A stretch of 64,000 nt of DNA from Alphaproteobacteria bacterium (lineage in GTDB: Bacteria; Pseudomonadota; Alphaproteobacteria; Rs-D84): assembly GCA_017522445.1 (NCBI GenBank), contig JAFWZK010000058.1:2281-66280 (forward strand). The letters run 5' to 3'. Position 1 is the stretch's first letter, and the number at the start of each line of letters is the position of its first letter. Below the pieces are notes generated by a model. It saw only the letters and a program-made list of their open reading frames with translations. It did not search any database and had not been told where the DNA came from. Position numbers and translations under genes: made by a program. Positions 27,060 through 35,623 of the stretch are shown one piece after another.

Positions 27060-28623
27060 GGATTTTACCCCTAAGACATTACCAACCAATTTAGAAGCAG
27101 AACAGGCCGTGTTGGCCGCTGTGTTGATGAAAAACCGCGCACTGGAACAGGTGGGTGAATTCCTGAATGCAAAACACTTTTCACACCCCGCACACCAAGA
27201 AATCTATCGGTTGGCGGAAAAACAATTCGCAGCAGGTATACCGTTTGATATTATTACCGCAAAAAACTATCTGGACCAACAGGGGGTTCTGGAATCAGTG
27301 GGCGGTGTTGAATACCTTAGCCAGCTGGCCAGTGCAGGCACAACAGTTGTAAATGTTGAACAATATGGACGAATAGTTTATGAAAATGCACTGCGACGCG
27401 ATTTAATCGCACTGGGCCAGGAAATCACAGACAAGGCATTCATAGAAGACCTGGATAATCCCGTGGCACGACAAATCGAAGCCGCAGAACAAAAACTGTT
27501 CGATATGGCAACCACAGGTGCATCAGAACGTGAAATTACATCTATTTCAAGTGCACTGGATGCCGCCATGGCCGAAGCAGAAATCGCATACAAGGCAGAT
27601 GGACAATTGTCTGGTTTAACAACTGGACTGAATGCACTGGATACATCAATCAGCGGTCTGCATCATTCTGACCTGATTATTATCGCAGGACGACCCGCAA
27701 TGGGAAAAACAACACTGGCAATGAATATCGCATTTAATGCAGCAAATGCAATCGCACATGGACGGGCCAATAAAAACTATACAGGGGCGGTCGTATTTTT
27801 CAGTCTGGAAATGTCCGCGTCCCAGCTGGCGGCACGTGTGCTGTCTTCGCAATCGCGGGTCAAGGCATCGTCTATGCGTGAAGGTACGCTGACCGATGAA
27901 GATTTCCTGAAAATGTCCCAGTATGCCGCAGCCATTTCCAAGGTGCCACTGTTCATAGATGATACCGCAGGTATGTCTGTGCCAATGATGCGTACACGGG
28001 TGCGGCGACTGGCCAGAAAACATGGTGGTATCGCATTGATTGTTATTGACTATTTACAATTGATGACATCACCCGGCGGTAAACACAATGATAATCGTGT
28101 CCAGGAAATTTCCGAGATTACACGTGGCCTTAAAATGCTGGCCAAAGAAATGGATGTGCCAGTTATCGCACTGTCTCAGTTATCGCGTAGCGTGGAATCA
28201 CGTGATGATAAACGACCAATGTTGTCAGATTTGCGTGAATCAGGTTCAATCGAACAGGACGCCGATATCGTTATGTTTACATATCGCGAAGAATACTATT
28301 TGCAAAACCGCGATCCAAATGAACGAATTTCAAATAATACCAACGATAAAATGCATGATTCTTGGCAAAACAGAATGGATCGTGCACGCGGCAAGGCCGA
28401 TATAATCATCGGTAAAAACCGCCATGGAAGACCCGAAACCGTCAGAACCGCTTTCTTTGGCGATTTCAGCTTGTTCGATAACCTGGAAGAGTTCGAGGCA
28501 CGCGGTGAAAACGAATACGCTCAGCCCGCCCCCACAATCTCGGCAGCCAGTCTGATGAACGAAGACGATGTAATGCCAACACCAATCGATGATGATGCAA
28601 TTCCAGATGATATGCCGTTGTAA
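27058..28623 (+). CDS. dnaB: replicative DNA helicase DnaB with an acidic C-terminal extension
   Basis: LPTNLEAEQAVLAAVLM N-terminal domain, GRPAMGKT Walker A and a RecA-like core ending DIIIGKNRHGRP. Start refined to MDFTPK (ATG 27058) behind AAAGGA. Confidence 0.92.
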   Translation: MDFTPKTLPTNLEAEQAVLAAVLMKNRALEQVGEFLNAKHFSHPAHQEIYRLAEKQFAAGIPFDIITAKNYLDQQGVLESVGGVEYLSQLASAGTTVVNVEQYGRIVYENALRRDLIALGQEITDKAFIEDLDNPVARQIEAAEQKLFDMATTGASEREITSISSALDAAMAEAEIAYKADGQLSGLTTGLNALDTSISGLHHSDLIIIAGRPAMGKTTLAMNIAFNAANAIAHGRANKNYTGAVVFFSLEMSASQLAARVLSSQSRVKASSMREGTLTDEDFLKMSQYAAAISKVPLFIDDTAGMSVPMMRTRVRRLARKHGGIALIVIDYLQLMTSPGGKHNDNRVQEISEITRGLKMLAKEMDVPVIALSQLSRSVESRDDKRPMLSDLRESGSIEQDADIVMFTYREEYYLQNRDPNERISNNTNDKMHDSWQNRMDRARGKADIIIGKNRHGRPETVRTAFFGDFSLFDNLEEFEARGENEYAQPAPTISAASLMNEDDVMPTPIDDDAIPDDMPL

Positions 28624-28695
28624 TTATTTTACTTGCACCATAATTAAAAATTGACTATTATTTTGTCAAGAAACAATAGTTTTAGGAGTTTTATT

Positions 28696-29703
28696 ATGGC
28701 CCAAGAAGAAATTATATTTCCAAATAATATACGCAATATTCGCCTGGCCAAGGGAATGAAAATGACCGACCTGGCCAGACGGGCAGATTTATCGTTGTCT
28801 GCGGTTTCTAAAATCGAAAAGGGTGTTCGCAGACTGAACCAAAAACAATTACTGCGTATCTGCAATATCTTGGGATGCAAGTTGTCCGATGTGTTTATCA
28901 AAGAATCTGATGCCGTCGCCGACCAATGGCAAAGCGAAATTAAACGCAGATTAAGCGACAATGAAAACAGCGGATTAAAAGTCTTTGGCAGCGGAATGCG
29001 TAAAATTCGCCAGCAGTCCGGAAAAACTATTGCACAGGCCGCAAAAGACGCAGGTATGACACTGTCTGTGTACCATAAAATCGAGGTTGGACAACGCGAA
29101 ATCTATAAAAATGAAATCGAACCGTTGGCGGCTTCGTTCGCAATGAAAACAGAAGAACTGTTCGATAAAATCGCAAACTTGTACAAATCCGGTGAATTGA
29201 ATAAACATATCAGCAAGGTCAAGGAACGTGTTAAATCTGTTCTGGTGCCGGGAAATCCGTTGTCGGGTATCGATATGCAGGGCAGTTTATATGGCGCAAA
29301 ACTGTATGACAGTGCACGTAAAAAACTGGTGCCAGTGTTCGGAACCCCGTCCGGTAAAGCAATCGCATTTAATAAATCTGACTCTGCAATGATTATCGCA
29401 CCATCCGAACTGGAAGGACGAAAAGGTATCTATGCCATTATGCCCAATACCAAAAGAATGGGGGGGATGATACCAGAAAAATCATACATCTTTGCAGATG
29501 CACTGACACAGGCAAAACCAGGTGATTTGGCCGTGTGTCTGGATGTGGACTTTGATACGCTGGGGACCGATGAAACCGTTAATGCACAAGTTGCAATCAT
29601 TAAACAGGATTCCAGGGGTAAAGTTCTGGGACACATCCTGGGGCCTGATGAAAAAATTACACCAAAAACAATGCACAAAGTTATTATGGTTGTCATGGAA
29701 TAA
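28696..29703 (+). CDS. transcriptional regulator with two XRE-type HTH domains and a degenerate S24/LexA-like C-terminal domain
   Basis: IRNIRLAKGMKMTDLARRADLSLSAVSKIEKG and MRKIRQQSGKTIAQAAKDAGMTLSVYHKIEVG. The C-terminus has a LexA-like fold pattern, with MGGM where GxSM is expected. Start refined to MAQEEI behind AGGAG. Confidence 0.75.
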   Translation: MAQEEIIFPNNIRNIRLAKGMKMTDLARRADLSLSAVSKIEKGVRRLNQKQLLRICNILGCKLSDVFIKESDAVADQWQSEIKRRLSDNENSGLKVFGSGMRKIRQQSGKTIAQAAKDAGMTLSVYHKIEVGQREIYKNEIEPLAASFAMKTEELFDKIANLYKSGELNKHISKVKERVKSVLVPGNPLSGIDMQGSLYGAKLYDSARKKLVPVFGTPSGKAIAFNKSDSAMIIAPSELEGRKGIYAIMPNTKRMGGMIPEKSYIFADALTQAKPGDLAVCLDVDFDTLGTDETVNAQVAIIKQDSRGKVLGHILGPDEKITPKTMHKVIMVVME

Positions 29704-29733
29704 TTCAAACAATATACCCAGAGAGAGAATACA

Positions 29734-30375
29734 ATGAATACAAAATCCAGTGCAACAGCATTAAAACTGTTAAATCTGTACCGCCAAGAACACGTTATAA
29801 TCGGCGGTTGGGCCGCCGTCAATCAGGTCTTTGTCGCACAGGCAAATGATGATGTTATCCGGGAACTGAAAAATATGCCAACAGGTAAATCACTGGTTCA
29901 ACACATAGAAAACCTGAGAAGCGGCAAAACACCAATGGATTCAATCGAACGTGATTTAATGCCATATGGCGGAATGATGCTGGATTCAACTGTGCCTTCA
30001 ATCAAACTGGATGATAATCAGTGGCAGGAACTGGAATATGGTATCGATAACTTTACACCAGATCAGGCAGGATTGGAAACCTTTACCGCACTGGGGGTGG
30101 TGCAAAAGTTCGGAACAGAATGGATTACCGCAATCGCAGATGCAATAAACCAAAAACCATACCTGCGAGATAAATGGAATATCATAACCCAGACATATAA
30201 TGCATATCGACTGTGGAATACAGCAAATGAAATTATCGCAACCCCAATTTCAGAACGCGTCCGCGGTCAGGTCCAGGCCGATATGCCAGAATACGAAACA
30301 TATCTGCCAATGTTCGGTGATGCGGGTATGCAATTGCTGGAAAAATTAAGAACCATTATCAGCAGTTTAAAATAG
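29734..30375 (+). CDS. hypothetical protein (213 aa)
   Basis: Intact ORF, last gene of the plus-strand insert. Its end overlaps the stop of the terminase ATPase fragment by 9 nt. No motif recognised. Confidence 0.5.
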   Translation: MNTKSSATALKLLNLYRQEHVIIGGWAAVNQVFVAQANDDVIRELKNMPTGKSLVQHIENLRSGKTPMDSIERDLMPYGGMMLDSTVPSIKLDDNQWQELEYGIDNFTPDQAGLETFTALGVVQKFGTEWITAIADAINQKPYLRDKWNIITQTYNAYRLWNTANEIIATPISERVRGQVQADMPEYETYLPMFGDAGMQLLEKLRTIISSLK

Positions 30376-30987
30376 TTCCCCCTGCCCCGTATCTGTGCGA
30401 TATATCGTATCGTGTGTGTGCGGTGTTCCTATGTATACCATGGCACCGGTGGGCGATAATATAAAATCCAGTTCACGTAATCGTTCACGCAGGTCTGCAC
30501 GCTTTTGCAGGGTGTTTGATGTGTTTGGAACCTCGACGTCATCACATATAATTAAATCTGCACGCATGCCAGTGATGTTGCCGTGTATGCCCTGGCATAT
30601 GACAGACGGCTCGCGGATGCCAATGGGGCGATTGACCGTTATTCGACCCATCGACCATTCTTTTTTATTCGATGGAACCAAATTGCTGCACCAGGGATGA
30701 TTTTCCAATATGTGACGAATGTGCGATACCATACGGGTCGACAACCCTGATTCCGCAGATAATATTAATATACGTGTTTGGGGATATAAATACAAAACAC
30801 AGGCCGCAAAAATCCCAACAACCGTGGATTTGCCCGAATGACGAAATGCCATCAGCAATCCACGATGCGGTGAATCACACAATACACCATACAGAAATTC
30901 CAATATCTGACGATGATGACGTGGCGTTTTTAACCCCAATACTCGATTCCATTCGTCCAAAAAATCATAAAATACCGTAATCATCAC
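30367..30987 (-). CDS. terminase large subunit, N-terminal (ATPase) fragment
   Basis: Walker A-like FRHSGKST, Walker B DLIICDD and the coupling motif IGTP. The stop comes 21 codons after IGTP. Confidence 0.75.
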   Translation of the reverse strand: MMITVFYDFLDEWNRVLGLKTPRHHRQILEFLYGVLCDSPHRGLLMAFRHSGKSTVVGIFAACVLYLYPQTRILILSAESGLSTRMVSHIRHILENHPWCSNLVPSNKKEWSMGRITVNRPIGIREPSVICQGIHGNITGMRADLIICDDVEVPNTSNTLQKRADLRERLRELDFILSPTGAMVYIGTPHTHDTIYRTDTGQGELF

Positions 30988-31516
30988 GATTTTCGTTCGG
31001 TGCAGGTTCTGTTATGACACCATAGTCATTTATCAATTTCGGCAACGCATTTTCCAATACACCCAACAGATTTCTGTACAACCCCATTACCGACCCGCCC
31101 GATAATTTGTCATTTATTACAGAATGGGTATAGTCAATTAACGATTTAATGTTATCATGACGGTTCGCCCATTGCGATAAATCAATGTTGACCGAATGTA
31201 AATCCTGGAATGCAGATAACAAAAAGTTAAAGTCAGAGTTTAAATCTTCGGGATCTATTTGGGCCGTTGGCTGATAGTCAATCGTACGTGATAATGATAT
31301 TTGTCTGAAAATGTCCAGACGTGTGCCTGTTTCCGGGGCAATATCAAAAACAACATTGCCACCAGAAAAATCAGAGTTTGGTATCACAGTAAAATTAGCC
31401 CCGTGATTATCTAAAACCTCGTTTATCGCAACGCAAATGTCCGCGACCTGAAAAAACGGAAAGGAAAATGCAAACTCGGTCGTCGTGCCGTCCGCAATAT
31501 AAGATATTTTGTACAT
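30965..31516 (-). CDS. tail-fibre adaptor protein with a T7 gp17 N-terminal-like domain
   Basis: YIADGTTTEFAFSFPFFQVADICVAIN...IDYQPTAQIDPEDLNSDFNFLLSAFQDL follows the Y..DG....F.IPF...V pattern of podovirus fibre N-termini. Confidence 0.55.
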   Translation of the reverse strand: MYKISYIADGTTTEFAFSFPFFQVADICVAINEVLDNHGANFTVIPNSDFSGGNVVFDIAPETGTRLDIFRQISLSRTIDYQPTAQIDPEDLNSDFNFLLSAFQDLHSVNIDLSQWANRHDNIKSLIDYTHSVINDKLSGGSVMGLYRNLLGVLENALPKLINDYGVITEPAPNENRDDYGIL

Positions 31517-31539
31517 ATTTATACCCCCATGACCTGTTC

Positions 31540-31887
31540 CTAGCCAACCAAATCATCAAATCTGGATAAAATTGATCGCAGCAAGTTTGGCTTTTTAGCA
31601 GTACTTTGTTTTAACTTTTTCAAATTATTACGACGTTTTTCTTCGTATGGGGCCGCGGTTTCAGAACGCAAACGTTCCAATACGCGACCGGCGGTCATGC
31701 CTGATGCAGATACACCAGACGAACCATACTTGGCGCGCTGGGCGGCCAAGACTTTTTTCACCAGATTCGTCTTTTCTGTGTTATCTGTCGCCATCTGGGC
31801 AAGAATTTCTTTGCGTTGGCTTTTTGCCTGCTTCTTGGCATCTTTATAGTCCAAGATTTCTGTCACATCTGATACAAGTTGTCCCAT
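31540..31887 (-). CDS. small basic virion-associated-type protein, unknown function
   Basis: 115 aa, Lys/Arg-rich and predicted helical. It sits between tail genes. Confidence 0.4.
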   Translation of the reverse strand: MGQLVSDVTEILDYKDAKKQAKSQRKEILAQMATDNTEKTNLVKKVLAAQRAKYGSSGVSASGMTAGRVLERLRSETAAPYEEKRRNNLKKLKQSTAKKPNLLRSILSRFDDLVG

Positions 31888-31950
31888 GTGTTTTCCTTTG
31901 CTTTGTTTGATTTGTTTTATGTGTTATTAAAATTGTTGGCACAATGATAA

Positions 31951-33666
31951 CTAGATCATGTACCAGCCATGTAAACTGACCGATAAAACAGTCAGCGGAT
32001 ATGATTCTGTACCGTGAATTGTCCATGGCGGGCGTATACAGTCATGTGCTGTACCCAATAAATTCAGCGAAACATCACCACTGAAACCAGGTGAATCCGC
32101 GGCATATATCACATTAGGTAAACTGATGCGTTGATTGTTAATGTGTAATGATTTGGAATCCAATAATCGGGCAACCAGTTTTCTTAACCGTATCCGACGT
32201 GGATTATGCCCCGATGCCCGCAACGGTAAACCAGAGGCAATATATGCAAAACTGAACGTGCCACAATCGTCCTGACAATCTGAATCAAAGTATTCCAGAC
32301 TGATTACCCCTGAACGCTTGACCGCGACGTATGTGCGACCATCTGTAACCGCAACCGATAAAAAATCGCCCGCTGTGCGGTATGTGCACCATGCAGAAAT
32401 ACCAACCGATGAATTCTGGTTTAAAACGGCCATAATACCATCTGAACGAACAATGTACAGTCTGCGTTCAGTCGCGTTATAGCACATGTCAACAGGAACC
32501 TGCATCAGGTGCTTGGCCATAACAGATAAATCATTGGCGTTATAGTTTTCACCTAACTCGTCCAGCCCCAGTTCGCGCAAATCACAACCACTGGCGGAAA
32601 TAAAGATTGTCGAACCTTCGATTTTCTGGGGTGGCAAATATCGCGATGTGTACGAGCCAACTGATGTGTGCTGCTTGATATCAACAGACGATGGGGTCAG
32701 CGGTTTGCTGGATATCGCCCATTCGCCCGCATTCGTCAATATCTGCAAATTTTCACTGCTGACCAGGGTGCAAATCTGTTGACGCTGTTGCGATAATAAT
32801 GATATGAAAATCGCTTCGTCATCCAGGCCTGTGCCACCGTCAAAATTGTTGTGACGCCCAACCTGGGACATCCAAATGCCCGCAGGCCAATCGCGCGAAC
32901 CACCAAATACCAATCTGTCCTGGTGAAATGTGATACTGCGGGGCCATCCACGGCGGGAACCAAAGGCCGCCTCGGACCAAGATGATACCGGGGATGATGG
33001 TAATGAATACGAACCGTTTGTGTGGGCAACAATCTGGGTGGAAGATATATATTCCGCAACCGTCCATTGGCGATCCAATAAATACAGCCGACCATTTACA
33101 TTATCAGGTGTCCAAAAATCACGATTGGTCGTAAATGTCGCATAATTATTGCCAGAACTGTTGGCTGTGACGGTTATCGTAATGTCCGATGCATCATCAA
33201 AGCGAACAAACGGTATGTTCAGCGTCATGTCCGAATCATTGCGGGAAAATGTAAAGTCCGAAATGTAAAATCTGTCCGGATGTTTGACCAGCGTCTGGGG
33301 ACAATGGTCAGGATGAACAAATATCATCGTACCAAAACGCTGGGCATACTGCAGATTGGATAAATCTGCAACTGACCATGGTGTTATCAAATCCTGGACC
33401 AAATCGCCCCCCAGATATATGTCCATGTGAAAATCCGTCAGGGCAAGCAAATATTCCGCACCGTCCGATACCGAAAATGATATCAGGCGTGCTTGCCCAA
33501 CCAAATTGTCAATGTGACGCAACCCATAACGACGCGATAAACCACCACCAGATATAACATTCATATTCTCTAAACGGGACAGACCATTTATATTATCACT
33601 GGTGTAAAATTCTGGGGCAACTTCGCCGTTTGCAAACGAGTTTTGTGTCTTTATAAAATCTGTCAT
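31951..33666 (-). CDS. large tail protein (tail tubular protein B / nozzle-like)
   Basis: 571 aa directly after the tubular-A-like gene. The N-terminus FANGEVAPEFYTSDNINGLSRLENMNVISGGGLSRRYG resembles podovirus tail-tube/stabilisation proteins as I recall them. Confidence 0.5.
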   Translation of the reverse strand: MTDFIKTQNSFANGEVAPEFYTSDNINGLSRLENMNVISGGGLSRRYGLRHIDNLVGQARLISFSVSDGAEYLLALTDFHMDIYLGGDLVQDLITPWSVADLSNLQYAQRFGTMIFVHPDHCPQTLVKHPDRFYISDFTFSRNDSDMTLNIPFVRFDDASDITITVTANSSGNNYATFTTNRDFWTPDNVNGRLYLLDRQWTVAEYISSTQIVAHTNGSYSLPSSPVSSWSEAAFGSRRGWPRSITFHQDRLVFGGSRDWPAGIWMSQVGRHNNFDGGTGLDDEAIFISLLSQQRQQICTLVSSENLQILTNAGEWAISSKPLTPSSVDIKQHTSVGSYTSRYLPPQKIEGSTIFISASGCDLRELGLDELGENYNANDLSVMAKHLMQVPVDMCYNATERRLYIVRSDGIMAVLNQNSSVGISAWCTYRTAGDFLSVAVTDGRTYVAVKRSGVISLEYFDSDCQDDCGTFSFAYIASGLPLRASGHNPRRIRLRKLVARLLDSKSLHINNQRISLPNVIYAADSPGFSGDVSLNLLGTAHDCIRPPWTIHGTESYPLTVLSVSLHGWYMI

Positions 33667-33691
33667 TTGTTGTTTTCCCTTTGGTAAATTG

Positions 33692-34210
33692 TCAAAAACG
33701 GCTGGTGATTAATGAAAAGTCAGTCAAACACGAAGGGGCAGATGTTGTGCTGTCCAGATATTTTGCAGTCTGTAATTCCGTTTCATACAACGCCGCCAAC
33801 ATGCGAAATACCGTTTGATCACCCAACAAGGGAATACAAAATTCCATCGCCAAACGCGTCACCGCCAATGATATAAAATAACTGGGGAACTGTTCCGGTG
33901 ATACACGCCGAAGAACAACAACAGACACACTGTCTGAATCAGATATAATCCGATTGCCTGTAATATCACCGTCCGAACGTAATACACGCAATACATCCGA
34001 TGGAATCAAAAAATCGCCATCTGTATTGCGAACCAAATCCAATTGGGCCGTCGCAAAACGCCATGGATGCAGCGATATCAAAGAATCTGTGATAACATCA
34101 AACAATGTACGTGAAAGTTTGGCGGCCGCACTGTCGTCCGTCAATGACTGGATTGGCTGTTCCCCCAGTTTTAACAGTGCCATAGAACATAAATCTATTT
34201 TGGTTAGCAT
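33692..34210 (-). CDS. tail tubular protein A / head-tail adaptor-like
   Basis: MLTKIDLCSMALLKLGEQPIQSLTDDSAAAKLSRTLFDVITDSLISLHPWRFA matches the widespread podovirus pattern (..AL..LG...I.SL.D.S..A......Y......LL....W.FA). Confidence 0.55.
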   Translation of the reverse strand: MLTKIDLCSMALLKLGEQPIQSLTDDSAAAKLSRTLFDVITDSLISLHPWRFATAQLDLVRNTDGDFLIPSDVLRVLRSDGDITGNRIISDSDSVSVVVLRRVSPEQFPSYFISLAVTRLAMEFCIPLLGDQTVFRMLAALYETELQTAKYLDSTTSAPSCLTDFSLITSRF

Positions 34211-34287
34211 TTTTTGACCCTTTGGTTATGTTATGAATAAAATTGGGCCGAAATTAATCGGCCCGAACATAAGAAAATAAAAAACAT

Positions 34288-34521
34288 TTATGCCAATGCA
34301 ACCGTAGTCACATTTAATTCAGTGATATTAATTCTTTTAATCGCCGTGTTGTCAGATGCGTTAATAATTACAATATCACCAATGTTCATCAGCGTTTTTA
34401 CACCATTAAAATACCCGTTCGCAGTAATAGTAGACATCGTTTCAGATGCACTGCAATAGTGCCACAATGTAAAACCATTTGCATATGCAATCACGGATAA
34501 GTTTTTGTTCTGAAATGCCAT
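34288..34521 (-). CDS. small phage protein downstream of the capsid gene (possible decoration/accessory head protein)
   Basis: MAFQNKNLSVIAYANGFTLWHY... Start refined to ATG 34521 behind AAAGGA. Function unknown. Confidence 0.45.
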   Translation of the reverse strand: MAFQNKNLSVIAYANGFTLWHYCSASETMSTITANGYFNGVKTLMNIGDIVIINASDNTAIKRINITELNVTTVALA

Positions 34522-34556
34522 TTGTGTTTTCCTTTTGGTTAATGATGATATTAATT

Positions 34557-35384
34557 TTATGCGCTCAAAGAATCTGAACATTTAACGCGAACAATACCTG
34601 TGTCGTCTATTAACACCGCACCCTGAGACATGCTGTTGCTGATAAAGTGGGCAGCACGCTCTCCGTGCCATGAAATGTCAGTCTTGACATCCTGACCACA
34701 GGCATGACCAATGCTGGACGCATGATAGATAAAGCAGTCACGATTTGTACCCGATACGGGCAAACCATTGTGCAGAACCCATGTAATGCCCAACCATTTG
34801 CGGGCAATACCACCATTTAACAACGGGGCAGTATTACCAACATAATCCGCCGAGACAAACTCGTCCAGCGACAACAGCTCGTTCCACTGGTGTACGCCAA
34901 CAACTGCAAAGCGGCGGCCATCATCTGGAACGTCGTTTGTATTTAATACCTCGACTGCAGATAAAATCAATTCTTTGGTCAGCCCTGTTGAATAATCCCC
35001 AACTGTTGCCGTTGCATCATTCATTGCCGAGATAATCAATTCATCTGTTTTACGCCCCAATGCGTATGCACCCGCAGATGCAACAACACGACGTTCGTCT
35101 ATGTTCGTTTTTAATTCATCCAATGCGTCAACCCAATCGCCCGCATAGTAATCCATCAGCATGCATTCAACAGGTTCATGATTTAAATTCATAACAGGTA
35201 CAATGCCATGACGTGATTTTGTGCTGGCTGTGCCACGCCCAACCTTTTGAAACGTGGTAGATGCACCAATTACACCAGATTTACTGCGAACAGTTGAACG
35301 CAGTTTCGTGCCCATTTGCTGGTACGCCAAATGAACATCCGCTTCGAATTGTTTCACAAATACATTATCTATGGAAACAGACAT
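34557..35384 (-). CDS. major capsid protein
   Basis: 275 aa downstream of the scaffold-like gene. VFVKQFEADVHLAYQQMGTKLRSTV...GRKTDELIISAM resembles podovirus capsid proteins as I recall them. Confidence 0.6.
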   Translation of the reverse strand: MSVSIDNVFVKQFEADVHLAYQQMGTKLRSTVRSKSGVIGASTTFQKVGRGTASTKSRHGIVPVMNLNHEPVECMLMDYYAGDWVDALDELKTNIDERRVVASAGAYALGRKTDELIISAMNDATATVGDYSTGLTKELILSAVEVLNTNDVPDDGRRFAVVGVHQWNELLSLDEFVSADYVGNTAPLLNGGIARKWLGITWVLHNGLPVSGTNRDCFIYHASSIGHACGQDVKTDISWHGERAAHFISNSMSQGAVLIDDTGIVRVKCSDSLSA

Positions 35385-35592
35385 ACAATAATCCTTTTGG
35401 TTAAGTAAAAATTAAATTGCAGTATTTATAAAATAAACACTGCAGGTGTATTTTGTGTTCTGGTTATGCATAACTGCGCCATAAAACAAAAAAGGTTATT
35501 TCGGGTTCACACCAATGTGTGAATTGTCCGATAAAAAATGAAAGAAAAAATATCAGTCAGACTGTGCACGTTAATCTGACTGATACTGATTC

Positions 35593-35615
35593 AAAAAAAC
35601 CCCGCAATCGCGGGG
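35593..35615 (-). terminator. intrinsic terminator after the Lys/Ala-repeat gene
   Basis: On the minus strand: CCCCGC-GATT-GCGGGG followed by TTTTTTT. Confidence 0.7.
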
Positions 35616-35623
35616 AATATTTA

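Noticed and set aside
27025-30443. 10-bp direct repeat TATACCATGG at 27025-27034 and 30434-30443, near both ends of the terminase insert. It encodes MVY in both halves and could be an excision site.
   Set aside because: Recombination between these copies would delete the IGTP coupling motif of the ATPase, so it would not restore a sensible terL. The repeat is short enough to be chance or microhomology. It is noted as something to keep in mind when looking for excision junctions.
26190-30987. Split intein or group I intron as the explanation for the two terminase halves
   Set aside because: The N-fragment ends 21 codons after IGTP, with no ~100-aa intein-N block. The C-fragment has no intein-C (..HN + C/S/T) signature. 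The intervening DNA encodes three ordinary genes on the opposite strand.
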